NCBI GenBank assembly: GCA_902590435.1
Contig: CACIWU010000003.1
Coordinates: forward strand, 1 to 55,712
Direction: 5' to 3'
DNA from: an uncultured SAR324 cluster bacterium
GTDB lineage: Bacteria > SAR324 > NAC60-12
DNA: 55,712 nucleotides
How positions within the stretch are numbered: the first letter of the stretch is position 1; each line of letters opens with the position of its first letter. Below are positions 19,159 through 28,220 of the stretch, piece after piece. The notes below the pieces were generated by a model. The model was not told the DNA's origin and did not search any database. It saw only the letters and a program-made list of their open reading frames with translations. The position numbers and the translations under genes are program-made.

Positions 19159-20448
19159 TCAAGGACAGGATAGATTCCCATAAAATTGTTTCCCAGAAAG
19201 TAAAACTAATTTTTTTATAGCTGGTATTGTAATTAAAACATCTATTTTTGAATCATTATCTACATTTAAAATAGACAATTCTGCTGGTGAAGCACCACTT
19301 TCAGCAAGACTTGCCGCTAAGTGAATTGGTGGAGCATATCCATTTGAGTAGTTGTTATCACTGAGTGTAAGAGAAAAATCTCCAGTCAATAGTGGTACTC
19401 CTGAAGTAATAACAAAAAATTGATGTCCTACTACGAAATCCATTTTACTGTCATTATCAAAATCAGCGGAAACAAGGCCTCTAGGGCCTCTTCCTGAAGA
19501 AATTTTTATTGGTGTTTCAAAATCACCTGTGCCTTTACCATAAATCAATGACAAAGTATTTTCACCTGAATTTGTAACTGCTAAATCCTTATTCGAATCA
19601 CAATTCCAATCACCTGCAATCATATCAAATGGAGAACTACCGACTGTGTATGTTGTGTCTTGAAGATTGAAAATTCCACTTCCATTGTTAAGAAATATTT
19701 GAACCAAATTAGAACTCCTTGACAATACTGCAATGTCTATATCTGAATCATTATCCCAATCTCCTATTGTAATGCTTATTGGTGTTTCTTCGACAACTAA
19801 AGTTTGTGAAACAGAAAATATACCACTAATATTTTGTATCATGGATATACTGCTGTTATCAAGATTAACTACCGCAATATCAGTTTGATTATCACTGTTC
19901 CAATCACCGGAAACAATTTTTATAGGTGATTTCCCAACTATAACACTTCCATTATCAGAAAATGTTGAGTCCCCATCGTTACTAAATAATTTTATGCTCT
20001 CTTGTTCTGTATTCGTAACAATTAAATCGGTTATATTATCACCAGTAAAGTCTATCGCGACTACATCCTGTCTCCATTCGGCAACATCAGGTTTTAAAGT
20101 ACTTGAATTATATGGGAATCGACTAGAGATTGATGAATCTTTTAGAAAGAAAGTCATAGTTCCATCCTCTTCATTGACATACCCATTTTGTTTTGTAGGA
20201 CTTGTAACTAATATATCCGTTTTATTATCTACATTAAAATCGCCAAAAACAATATCTAGAGGATTTTCACCTGCATCATACTCCAAAGGGGTCTCAAAAT
20301 ATGTTCCAATAGTCTCAGATTGACCTTCATTCGTTTGAGTGGGAGTTTCTTGAGAACTGCATGAAAGAAAAAAAATTATTCCAAGGCTTACTAGGATTAA
20401 AAGGGGAAACCTAATCAAAGAAACAATTGCTGTTTTATTAATTTTCAT
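19159..20448 (-). CDS. FG-GAP/VCBS repeat lipoprotein (predicted 7-bladed beta-propeller)
   Basis: Signal peptide ending FLSC and seven D-[FW]-x-x-D-x-x-x-D-type repeats (DFNVDNKTD, DFTGDNITD, DWNSDNQTD, DWDNDSDID, DWNCDSNKD, DFDNDSKMD, NVDNDSKID). Confidence 0.88.
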   Translation of the reverse strand: MKINKTAIVSLIRFPLLILVSLGIIFFLSCSSQETPTQTNEGQSETIGTYFETPLEYDAGENPLDIVFGDFNVDNKTDILVTSPTKQNGYVNEEDGTMTFFLKDSSISSRFPYNSSTLKPDVAEWRQDVVAIDFTGDNITDLIVTNTEQESIKLFSNDGDSTFSDNGSVIVGKSPIKIVSGDWNSDNQTDIAVVNLDNSSISMIQNISGIFSVSQTLVVEETPISITIGDWDNDSDIDIAVLSRSSNLVQIFLNNGSGIFNLQDTTYTVGSSPFDMIAGDWNCDSNKDLAVTNSGENTLSLIYGKGTGDFETPIKISSGRGPRGLVSADFDNDSKMDFVVGHQFFVITSGVPLLTGDFSLTLSDNNYSNGYAPPIHLAASLAESGASPAELSILNVDNDSKIDVLITIPAIKKLVLLSGKQFYGNLSCP

Positions 20449-21433
20449 TGATTAAGCCCTTAAAAAATAAACCATATTTGTCTTCATGATAGTCTTGAAT
20501 CAAACCAAAATATTTATTCCATGGTGGCAATGGAGATCGCTCTCTACTTTGATAATATAGGACAGTGTTATTCAACTTCCAATTTTTCTCCAAAAATTTC
20601 TTTAGTGGAGATATTTCGCTAAGTCCTTCAAAAACAATAACTGGCGAACGAGCTCCTCTAGCATATTCTTCAAAATGATTAATTATATTTTCACCACCTC
20701 CAATTAAAAACTGTTCATCTAGATATGCCGTAGCTTGAAAGTCAATTTTTATCCAGTCAGCAAGATCCAACAATTGATGATGAACATTAACATCCATTTT
20801 ATTCGTATCGTCAAGAACTAGTCTAATCCCTAAATCTTGTGCAAGATTTCGTATTGTTGTTAAATAATCTGCACTTACTTCTTCGTTAATTTCAAAGAAA
20901 AACATATCTTGATATTCAGGAAATAGTTCAAGTAATGTCTTTAAGGTTCTAGGATAATTTAAATAATTACTATCAACGTTTTGAGAAAACTTAAGAGATG
21001 GCATAATTACATTATCACGTTCCATGTATTGTCTTAACAAACGTACTGTAAGAAAAGTGGAAATCAGCGATGCAAAACGAACTAAAAATGATGGAATACC
21101 CAAATCTTGTGAGCGCTCTACTATTTCACCAAAACTATTTACATCTCGATCTATAGCTAATAATTCAAATCCTCGTGTAGATTTGTTTATCTGTCTTGGA
21201 GCTAAGGCATCTATAGATTCAGCCTTTACTGAAATCCATTTAAGGTAGTTTTTTGCGCGGTCTGTAAGGCCTTCCCATTCTCTCTCAGAAATTACTTCAA
21301 GTATTTTTTCGACAATATCTGGGAAACAAGGAGTTGGTATACAACCTGGAGCAGGGACAATAGCCTGTCCAGTTAAAGTTTGCTCATTCTTTAAACTGCG
21401 TAAATATTTTTTTAACTCTTTAATCTTTTCCAT
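20438..21433 (-). CDS. Divergent stand-alone EAL-domain protein (c-di-GMP phosphodiesterase-like)
   Basis: Ordered EAL-type motifs GQAIV, GFELL, FSQNV, FFEINE, IRLVLDD, WIKIDF, IVFEGL and YYQS. Confidence 0.65.
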   Translation of the reverse strand: MEKIKELKKYLRSLKNEQTLTGQAIVPAPGCIPTPCFPDIVEKILEVISEREWEGLTDRAKNYLKWISVKAESIDALAPRQINKSTRGFELLAIDRDVNSFGEIVERSQDLGIPSFLVRFASLISTFLTVRLLRQYMERDNVIMPSLKFSQNVDSNYLNYPRTLKTLLELFPEYQDMFFFEINEEVSADYLTTIRNLAQDLGIRLVLDDTNKMDVNVHHQLLDLADWIKIDFQATAYLDEQFLIGGGENIINHFEEYARGARSPVIVFEGLSEISPLKKFLEKNWKLNNTVLYYQSRERSPLPPWNKYFGLIQDYHEDKYGLFFKGLINEN

Positions 21434-21598
21434 ATATTTTTGTTGAGAATTTTTTATTAATTAAAACTTCTCAAATTTTAATTAATCTAATTTTATAGAA
21501 TTACAAAACCTTTTTTAATTTTATTTCAATTTAAAACATCTATAAAATTTAACGATGCAGATATTCACTATTAAATATTATTAGTATTTTATAAAATA

Positions 21599-22984
21599 CT
21601 AAATGTTAACAGCAAGATTGGCAAATTTAGTATACTGACCTATGAATGCTAGTCTTTTCATTCCAATTTCACCATTACGATGCTTTGCAATACTTATCTC
21701 AGCAATACCTTTATCCTCAGTATCTGGATTGTAAACCTCATCACGATAAATAAAGAGTATTAAATCTGCATCTTGCTCCAAAGCACCAGATTCTCTCAAA
21801 TCTGACATCATTGGTCTTTTTTCTGTCCGTCTCTCCAAACCGCGATTCAACTGAGAAATAACCACCATAGGCAAAGAAAATTCTTTGGCAATTCCCTTTA
21901 GAGAACGAGAAATTTCAGAAATTTCCTGTTCTCGTGAAGGATTCCGCAAGTTACTTTGCATAAGTTGAACATAATCAATAACAACAAGACCTAACGAAGG
22001 ATATTCTTTTCTTGCTTGACGAATTACCTGTCTTACATAATTAGGGTTTATTGCAGATCGATCGTCAACCAATAAAGGGGCTTCCATCATACGAGTAGTA
22101 CCCTCCATCAATTTATCCCAGTCTTCTTGCTCAAGATCACCAACCTGTAATTTTCTATTATTTACTTTTGATTCACTACAAATTATTCGCATAGCAATGT
22201 GCTCTTTGGGCATTTCCAAGCTGAAAATTAGAGATGGAATATTGGCATGTGCCGCTGCATAAAGTAACATATTGACAGCAAGTGCTGTTTTTCCCATTGA
22301 TGGTCGAGCGGCAAGTATTATTAAATCACCTTTTTGTAAACCACGCGTCAATTCATCTAATTCAGTAAATCCGGTTGGAACACCAGTTACATTCTGAGGG
22401 GACTCAGAAATTTTCTCTAACTCTTCAAAATTAGAAGTAAGAAGTTCCTTGACATGCGTATAACTATTTATTCTAGATCGAGCTTCAATTGACTCTAAGC
22501 GCTCGGTTGCATTTGCAATAAAGTCAGAAATGTTTTCGGAAGATCCTTCTCTACCATGTTTTGCTACATCATGAGCAGTTAAAATAATATCTCTTAGTTG
22601 TCCTTTTTCTCTGACTATTTGAGCATAATATTCAGCATTTTCTGCAACTGGTGTTTTTTGGGATAGCTCATTTAGATAATCCACTCCACCCGTTTGCTCA
22701 AGTTGTTGTTTAGACTCCAATTGTTTTAAAAGAGTAAGTTCATCTATTGGAGTTGGAGGTTCCGTAGAACCCATTTCCTCCATTGCAGAAAAAATTAATT
22801 GATGAGCTGGAGAAAAAAAATCTTCTACATTTAAAATATCTAAAATTTGAAGAAGCACCGAATTTTTTATTAAGATAGCCCCAAGAACAGCTTGCTCGGC
22901 CATCTTATCATTTGGCAGAATCTCTTCTAAATCAGATTTTTTTGAATGAATATTGGTTGGGCGCCCTAGATTCATTGATTTCAC
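21599..22984 (-). CDS. dnaB: Replicative DNA helicase
   Basis: AEQAVLGAIL, TGVPTGF, AARPSMGKT, FSLEM, VVIDYVQLM, ISQLNR, SDLRESGALEQDAD and KHRNG motifs. No intein. Confidence 0.99.
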   Translation of the reverse strand: MKSMNLGRPTNIHSKKSDLEEILPNDKMAEQAVLGAILIKNSVLLQILDILNVEDFFSPAHQLIFSAMEEMGSTEPPTPIDELTLLKQLESKQQLEQTGGVDYLNELSQKTPVAENAEYYAQIVREKGQLRDIILTAHDVAKHGREGSSENISDFIANATERLESIEARSRINSYTHVKELLTSNFEELEKISESPQNVTGVPTGFTELDELTRGLQKGDLIILAARPSMGKTALAVNMLLYAAAHANIPSLIFSLEMPKEHIAMRIICSESKVNNRKLQVGDLEQEDWDKLMEGTTRMMEAPLLVDDRSAINPNYVRQVIRQARKEYPSLGLVVIDYVQLMQSNLRNPSREQEISEISRSLKGIAKEFSLPMVVISQLNRGLERRTEKRPMMSDLRESGALEQDADLILFIYRDEVYNPDTEDKGIAEISIAKHRNGEIGMKRLAFIGQYTKFANLAVNI

Positions 22985-23141
22985 ATATATTTCTTAAAAC
23001 AACATTGAAACTCTAGGTACTTTAAAGGTAATTACAAGATAGATAGTTTTTAAGAAGATCATTGAGGTATAATCATCATTTAAATAGTCTTCTCACTATT
23101 TTAAATTCCCTATCTATTTAGATTAGAGTAATTGACCAACT

Positions 23142-23927
23142 TTAGATACTTTTTTTATTTTTTTTCTGTTTTTCTTTAGGTTCTTTGTCTTCTTTAAGCT
23201 CTTGTTTTTCTTTAATTTCATTATTCTCAACAGATTCTAGTACTTTTTTAGATTGTACTTTCTCTTTGGGATTTTTAATCCCTTTTGTTTCTTTTCTTTC
23301 TTTGACATCTTGTTTTTCTTTAGATGCATTCGATTCTTTAAGCTCTTGTTTTTCCTTAAAAGATTTCTCTAGTTTTATATCTTGCTCCTCTTCTTTTTCA
23401 TTTTTTACTTCAATATCTTCAGTATCCTTATCCTTGAGATCTTTTTTATTCTCATCCGATTTTTCGGCTTGTTTTATATTTTCTTTATCAGCTATTACTT
23501 TTATTTTTAATGACTGAACTACTTCAGAATGTATCCGAACGTTAAATTCATGAGTACCTACACTTCTAATAGGAGTATTAATAGAAATAGCCCTACGACC
23601 AAAATCAAAATTATTATCTTTCAACAGTTCATTAAGATCCCTGTTACTGACTGATCCGAACAATTTACCTTCAGAACCAGCCTTTCTAACTACTTCTAAA
23701 TTAATAGATTTAAGTCTTGTTGCCTGTTCCTTTGCAAGTTCTATTTTACCTTCTCGTAATTTTTTTATATATTCGACGCGGTGGCGCAATTCTTTTGATT
23801 CCTTACCTTTAGCTAAAAGAGCTTTACCCTTGGGAATTAGAAAGTTCCTCCCATATCCGGATTTAACCTGAACTGTATCACCTAGTGAACCTAAATTAGG
23901 AACATCCTCTGTTAAAATCAATTCCAC
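23142..23927 (-). CDS. rplI: 50S ribosomal protein L9 with a ~110-aa Lys/Glu-rich C-terminal extension
   Basis: LGSLGDTVQVKSGYGRNFLIP and KLFGSVS motifs. GTG start. Confidence 0.97.
   Translation of the reverse strand: MELILTEDVPNLGSLGDTVQVKSGYGRNFLIPKGKALLAKGKESKELRHRVEYIKKLREGKIELAKEQATRLKSINLEVVRKAGSEGKLFGSVSNRDLNELLKDNNFDFGRRAISINTPIRSVGTHEFNVRIHSEVVQSLKIKVIADKENIKQAEKSDENKKDLKDKDTEDIEVKNEKEEEQDIKLEKSFKEKQELKESNASKEKQDVKERKETKGIKNPKEKVQSKKVLESVENNEIKEKQELKEDKEPKEKQKKNKKSI
23190..23354 (-). repeat. Three 21-bp direct repeats in the rplI tail (KEKQ(E/D)(L/V)KE)
   Basis: ttctttaagctcttgtttttc occurs exactly at 23190-23210 and 23334-23354. The variant ttctttgacatcttgtttttc (18/21 identical) is at 23298-23318. 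Confidence 0.85.
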
Positions 23928-23982
23928 AATATTTCCAAAAAAATTAAAATGTTTAAAATTTTATTTTATCAACAAAATTATT

Positions 23983-24321
23983 TTACTCTTCAGAGTTATA
24001 AAACTTATTTGCTGAAATTGTTCGATCTTCAGTTGTTTGCTGTGGGACATGCCCTTTCATAGGAGATAGTAGTGCTAAATTCCTAGCCCGTCTAATAGCA
24101 ATTTTTAACATCCTTTGATTTGCAGCATCAACTCCCGAAATACGACTTGGTATAATCTTCCCTCCTTCCGTAACATAGTTTTTTAGTAATTCAACATCTT
24201 TGTAATCTATACGCTCTATACCAGCTTCTTTCAATGGACACATTTTACGCTTACTACGAAGCAAAATACTAGTTGGTATTCGTTTTCGATGTATATGAGA
24301 TCTTTTTCTTTTTTTTAACAT
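23983..24321 (-). CDS. rpsR: 30S ribosomal protein S18 (extended termini)
   Basis: [26 protein letters not shown] and [11 protein letters not shown] motifs. Confidence 0.97.
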   Translation of the reverse strand: MLKKRKRSHIHRKRIPTSILLRSKRKMCPLKEAGIERIDYKDVELLKNYVTEGGKIIPSRISGVDAANQRMLKIAIRRARNLALLSPMKGHVPQQTTEDRTISANKFYNSEE

Positions 24322-24435
24322 TATCGATTCCTTATGATTCCCCTAAATTAAATTTAATAAAATTTACGAACAAACAATATTTATTATATTTATAAATTCA
24401 ATAAGCATAACCTGTTATTTATAATTTATATTTTT

Positions 24436-24921
24436 TTAAGTATCAATTTTTTCTTCAGATTTAACTTCATTTTTATCATCTTGAAGTTTTAACTCTTCCA
24501 CCTCTTCATTTATCTCCGATTTTTTATTTAAATCATCTTTATTAATTTCTTTATTAATTTCTTTATGATTTTTATTATCTTCTTTTTTATCTTTAGGAAG
24601 TATTAAATTCTTTAAAAAAGATGAATCCTCATCAAGATCATTTGTTTTAACAATTTGATTTCTTAAAATGTTATCTGAATAACCGAATTGTCTCTGCAAT
24701 TCATCTACTGTTGTACCAGTACCAGTAAAATACCACGCGTGATAAACTCCAAATTCGTTACCTTTGATTTCATATGCTAATCTACGATTTCCCCAAACAT
24801 GTTCATGAATGAGTTTTCCGCCAGAATCTTTAAGACTCTTCTTAAATTTATTCAACACAACTTCCATATCCGCATCATTTATGCCTGGATCCGTTATGAA
24901 TACAAGTTCATATCCTTTCAT
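24436..24921 (-). CDS. rpsF: 30S ribosomal protein S6 with charged C-terminal extension
   Basis: YELVFITDP, WGNRRLAYEIKG and ILRNQIVK motifs. Confidence 0.95.
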   Translation of the reverse strand: MKGYELVFITDPGINDADMEVVLNKFKKSLKDSGGKLIHEHVWGNRRLAYEIKGNEFGVYHAWYFTGTGTTVDELQRQFGYSDNILRNQIVKTNDLDEDSSFLKNLILPKDKKEDNKNHKEINKEINKDDLNKKSEINEEVEELKLQDDKNEVKSEEKIDT

Positions 24922-25025
24922 TTATTTTCCTATTAGTTTTTTTACTTTTTTCAACATAATTGTTATTAATAAAATGAATTCATCAAAAGACTCCCCCTTT
25001 GCTATTTGTATTTAATTTCTATCAT

Positions 25026-26117
25026 CTATACATTAAAGCGAAAGTGCATAACGTCACCGTCCTGTACTATATAATCTTTACCTTCCAAACGCCATTTGCC
25101 TGCTTCCTTGATTGACAATTCTGAACCTAACTTATCAATATCATCAAAATGAAAGACTTCGGCTCGGATAAAGCCTTTTTCAAAATCACTATGAATTTTA
25201 CCCGCTGCTTCAGGTGCAGTAGATCCATTCCTAATTTCCCATGCCTTAACTTCTTTTTTTCCTGCAGTATAAAAAGTTATCTGCTCTAACAATTTATATC
25301 CAGAATCAATGAGTCGGTCAAGTCCCGAACTTTCTATACCCAACTCTTTCATAAACAATATTGATTCTTCATCATCCATTTCCGCTAATTCAGACTCTAC
25401 CTTAGCACAAACAGGTATGACTTCAACACCTTCTTTAGAGGCAAGCTCTTGCAATTCTAGTTGAAGATCCCCTGGATGCTCTAAATCTTCTTCAGATACA
25501 TTAGCAATGTAAAGATATGGCTTCATCGTCAGTAAATTTAAAGTACTCACAAAAGATACTTCATCTTCACTTAAATCCATACCACCTGCAAAATTTCCTT
25601 CATCCAAATAATCTCTTAGTCTTTCAAAAAAAGCTAACTCAACTTCCAAATTTCTATCTGCTTTTATTCTAGTAGAAAGTCTTTCAATTTTTCTTTCAGT
25701 TTGTTCCAAATCCGACAAAATCAACTCGGTCTGTATGACTTTCACATCACTTGAAGGATCCACATTACCTTCAACATGAACAATATTTGGGTCTCTAAAA
25801 CATCTCACAACGTGGACCACCGCCTGTACTTTCTGAATATGAGATAGAAATTTATTGCCTAAACCCTCACCTTTGCTTGCACCTTTAACAAGTCCTGCTA
25901 TATCAACTACTTGTAACGTAGCATTTACTATTCTACTAGGACTCACTAACTCTTTTAGCCGCTTCATACGAGAGTCTCGTAACTGAACTATACCTATATT
26001 AGGGTCAATTGTACAAAAAGGATAGTTCTCGGCTTCAGCCTTTATTTTTGTCAAAGCACTAAATAGTGTAGACTTACCAGTATTTGGTAGTCCTACAATT
26101 CCAACTTCTAAAGCCAT
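25026..26117 (-). CDS. ychF: Redox-regulated ribosome-binding ATPase YchF
   Basis: GIVGLPNTGKST, NYPFCTIDPN, VDIAGLVKGASKGEGLGNKFL and C-terminal TGS domain. The start is placed at ATG 26117. Confidence 0.98.
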   Translation of the reverse strand: MALEVGIVGLPNTGKSTLFSALTKIKAEAENYPFCTIDPNIGIVQLRDSRMKRLKELVSPSRIVNATLQVVDIAGLVKGASKGEGLGNKFLSHIQKVQAVVHVVRCFRDPNIVHVEGNVDPSSDVKVIQTELILSDLEQTERKIERLSTRIKADRNLEVELAFFERLRDYLDEGNFAGGMDLSEDEVSFVSTLNLLTMKPYLYIANVSEEDLEHPGDLQLELQELASKEGVEVIPVCAKVESELAEMDDEESILFMKELGIESSGLDRLIDSGYKLLEQITFYTAGKKEVKAWEIRNGSTAPEAAGKIHSDFEKGFIRAEVFHFDDIDKLGSELSIKEAGKWRLEGKDYIVQDGDVMHFRFNV

Positions 26118-26157
26118 CTTATCTTCGAAAAACAATTTACCTAATTATTTTTTAAAA

Positions 26158-26730
26158 TCAATTAGGTTTTTTCAAAACTGACAATGAGATATTCTCAAAT
26201 TTAGAGGTTTCCAAAAAACAAATTATCTCTTGCATAACTAGTTTAATTACGTCCAATACCAATTTTTCATCTGATTTAGAAAACGTTCCCAAAACATGTC
26301 CAACAACATTAACCTTTCCTAAAGGCCTTCCTACTCCAATCCTTATCCTTTGGAATTTACTTTCTCCCAGTGAATCTATGATCGAACGCAATCCATTATG
26401 ACCTCCATGTCCTCCTCCTACTCGAAAGCGAGCTTTTCCAGGAGGCATATTAATGTCATCAGAAATAATTAAAATGTTTTCAATAGGAATTTTAAGATAC
26501 TTGACACATTCAGCTACAGCAATTCCGCTTCTGTTCATATAAGTTTGTGGCTTTAAAAAGAAACAAACCTCGCCATTTATCAATCCCTTATACAATATAC
26601 TATCAAACTTTTCCTCAAACCCTGATATACCTAGTTTTTCGGCCAAAACATCTACAACACGGAACCCAACATTATGCGGGGTATCTTTATACTTGTCTCC
26701 CGGATTACCCAAGCCAGCTACAAGCTTCAT
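26158..26730 (-). CDS. pth: Peptidyl-tRNA hydrolase
   Basis: GLGNPG, TPHNVGF, KPQTYMNRSG, GGHGGHNGLRS and RIRIGVGRP motifs. Confidence 0.98.
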   Translation of the reverse strand: MKLVAGLGNPGDKYKDTPHNVGFRVVDVLAEKLGISGFEEKFDSILYKGLINGEVCFFLKPQTYMNRSGIAVAECVKYLKIPIENILIISDDINMPPGKARFRVGGGHGGHNGLRSIIDSLGESKFQRIRIGVGRPLGKVNVVGHVLGTFSKSDEKLVLDVIKLVMQEIICFLETSKFENISLSVLKKPN

Positions 26731-26762
26731 GCTCGACCTTTCAATTTTTTTTTACTTCGATT

Positions 26763-27452
26763 TCACTCTTCCTCTTTATTCTCTTCCTCTGAAGAAACTT
26801 CCTCTTTATTTTCATCATCCGAAGATTCTTCCTCTGCATCAATAACAACAGTATCCTCTATCTCTTCTTTAACACGTCCAACAATCGAAATAACTGCATA
26901 ATTTTCCTCCGTACTATGAGTAGATTTCTCTGGCAACTTTACATCCTGAATTCGAATCGAATCTCCTATTTCTAACTCGGAAGAGTCTACTTCAATAATT
27001 GAAGGAATATCTGAAGGCAAGCATAGTACAGGAATATCTCTTACAACCATCTGTAGTACTCCTCCATTTTTAACTCCTGGAGATTCACCAGTAACTTTTA
27101 TTGGAACCCTAAAAATTTGTTTTTCATTTTCAGCAAGCTCCCAAAAATCAAGATGAGTTATCAATTGTTTATATGGGTGTCTCTGAACTTCCCTAAGCAT
27201 AACCTTTGTAGACCAACTTTCTCCTTTTTCAGCGTTTGAAACTGCTATCGGCATAAGTTCGTGCATACCTGACATTTTCTCTAATAAATGACGTGTTTCT
27301 TCTTCAGCCATTTCCAATAATACATTCCCACGTTTGCCGTAAAGTACAGCGGGAATGTTTCCTTGTTTTCTTAAGTTTTGATTAGACGTCTTTCCTTTGT
27401 TTAGCCGTACTTTAGCTTCGAATTGATTTTTTGACATTTCCTTAATTTGCAT
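26763..27452 (-). CDS. rplY: 50S ribosomal protein L25 / general stress protein Ctc (long form)
   Basis: LRKQGNIPAVLYG, REVQRHP, HLDF, GVKNGGVL and acidic C-terminal tail. Lies upstream of pth-ychF. Confidence 0.96.
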   Translation of the reverse strand: MQIKEMSKNQFEAKVRLNKGKTSNQNLRKQGNIPAVLYGKRGNVLLEMAEEETRHLLEKMSGMHELMPIAVSNAEKGESWSTKVMLREVQRHPYKQLITHLDFWELAENEKQIFRVPIKVTGESPGVKNGGVLQMVVRDIPVLCLPSDIPSIIEVDSSELEIGDSIRIQDVKLPEKSTHSTEENYAVISIVGRVKEEIEDTVVIDAEEESSDDENKEEVSSEEENKEEE

Positions 27453-27801
27453 CTGATTATATAGGAGTTGCTCGCAAAAAAGTTAAACAGTAATGTTAAA
27501 CTTATCTTTTGAATCAGTCAATTAAATTCTATAGTTGAGCAAAAATTTAATTTTACTTTTTAAAATTTAAAAAATGTTTGTACCTGCAATTTTTAAAAAA
27601 ATTGTATATAAATACCAAACATTGATTATTTTTTTTATAAAGATTCGATAGTCAAAACTCTTGATTAACCTTTTATAAAAAGTCAATATCAATAGAAATA
27701 TTAAATCAAAGATTATATTAAAAATATTTATTATTTTTAATATTTAGTTATAAAAATATAATATAATCCTTTTAGATCGACTTAAAAAAACTTTTTTAAA
27801 A

Positions 27802-27990
27802 ATGCATAAATTGTTTTTTTTATTTTTAATAATACTTATTGCAACCTGTGCAACAACAACAAAATTTTACATAAAAGCTAGAAATAAAGAAGAAGTTAAG
27901 ATAGGTGCTTTCGAAATTTGCGGGAAAAACTTCAATATACTGACTTATGAGGAAGACACAGCGCTTATATCTTGTATAAAAAAAAAATAA
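27802..27990 (+). CDS. Putative small lipoprotein (62 aa) with two additional Cys
   Basis: MHK n-region, hydrophobic h-region and lipobox-like IATC. It is the only ORF in an otherwise non-coding gap and aligns by eye with 39427-39633. Confidence 0.55.
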   Translation: MHKLFFLFLIILIATCATTTKFYIKARNKEEVKIGAFEICGKNFNILTYEEDTALISCIKKK

Positions 27991-28220
27991 AGCTAAGTTA
28001 TATAATTAATTTTAATAATAAGGATTAAAAAATGTCAATATAATTAGCTTATGAATTTATTGAAATTTAGTTTATACATACTTATATATAAAGACTTTAT
28101 AAAAATATTTTATAAACCAACTTAAACTAAATTTAGTTATCTGCTTGTAATTTAAATTTAACTATACAAAAACTTACTATAGTTACATTTCTTTAAAAAA
28201 GAATTTTAAGCCAATTTTTT

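Noticed and set aside
23185-23517. 110-aa Ser/Phe-rich plus-strand ORF
   Set aside because: It is the antisense shadow of the Lys/Glu-rich rplI tail.
24922-25025. Possible S6:S18 autoregulatory RNA upstream of rpsF
   Set aside because: I could not find the CCG-containing hairpin paired with the RBS on the coding strand. An Infernal search would settle it.
27586-27799. Several A/T-only inverted repeats in the rplY-alr gap
   Set aside because: Expected by chance in sequence this AT-rich.
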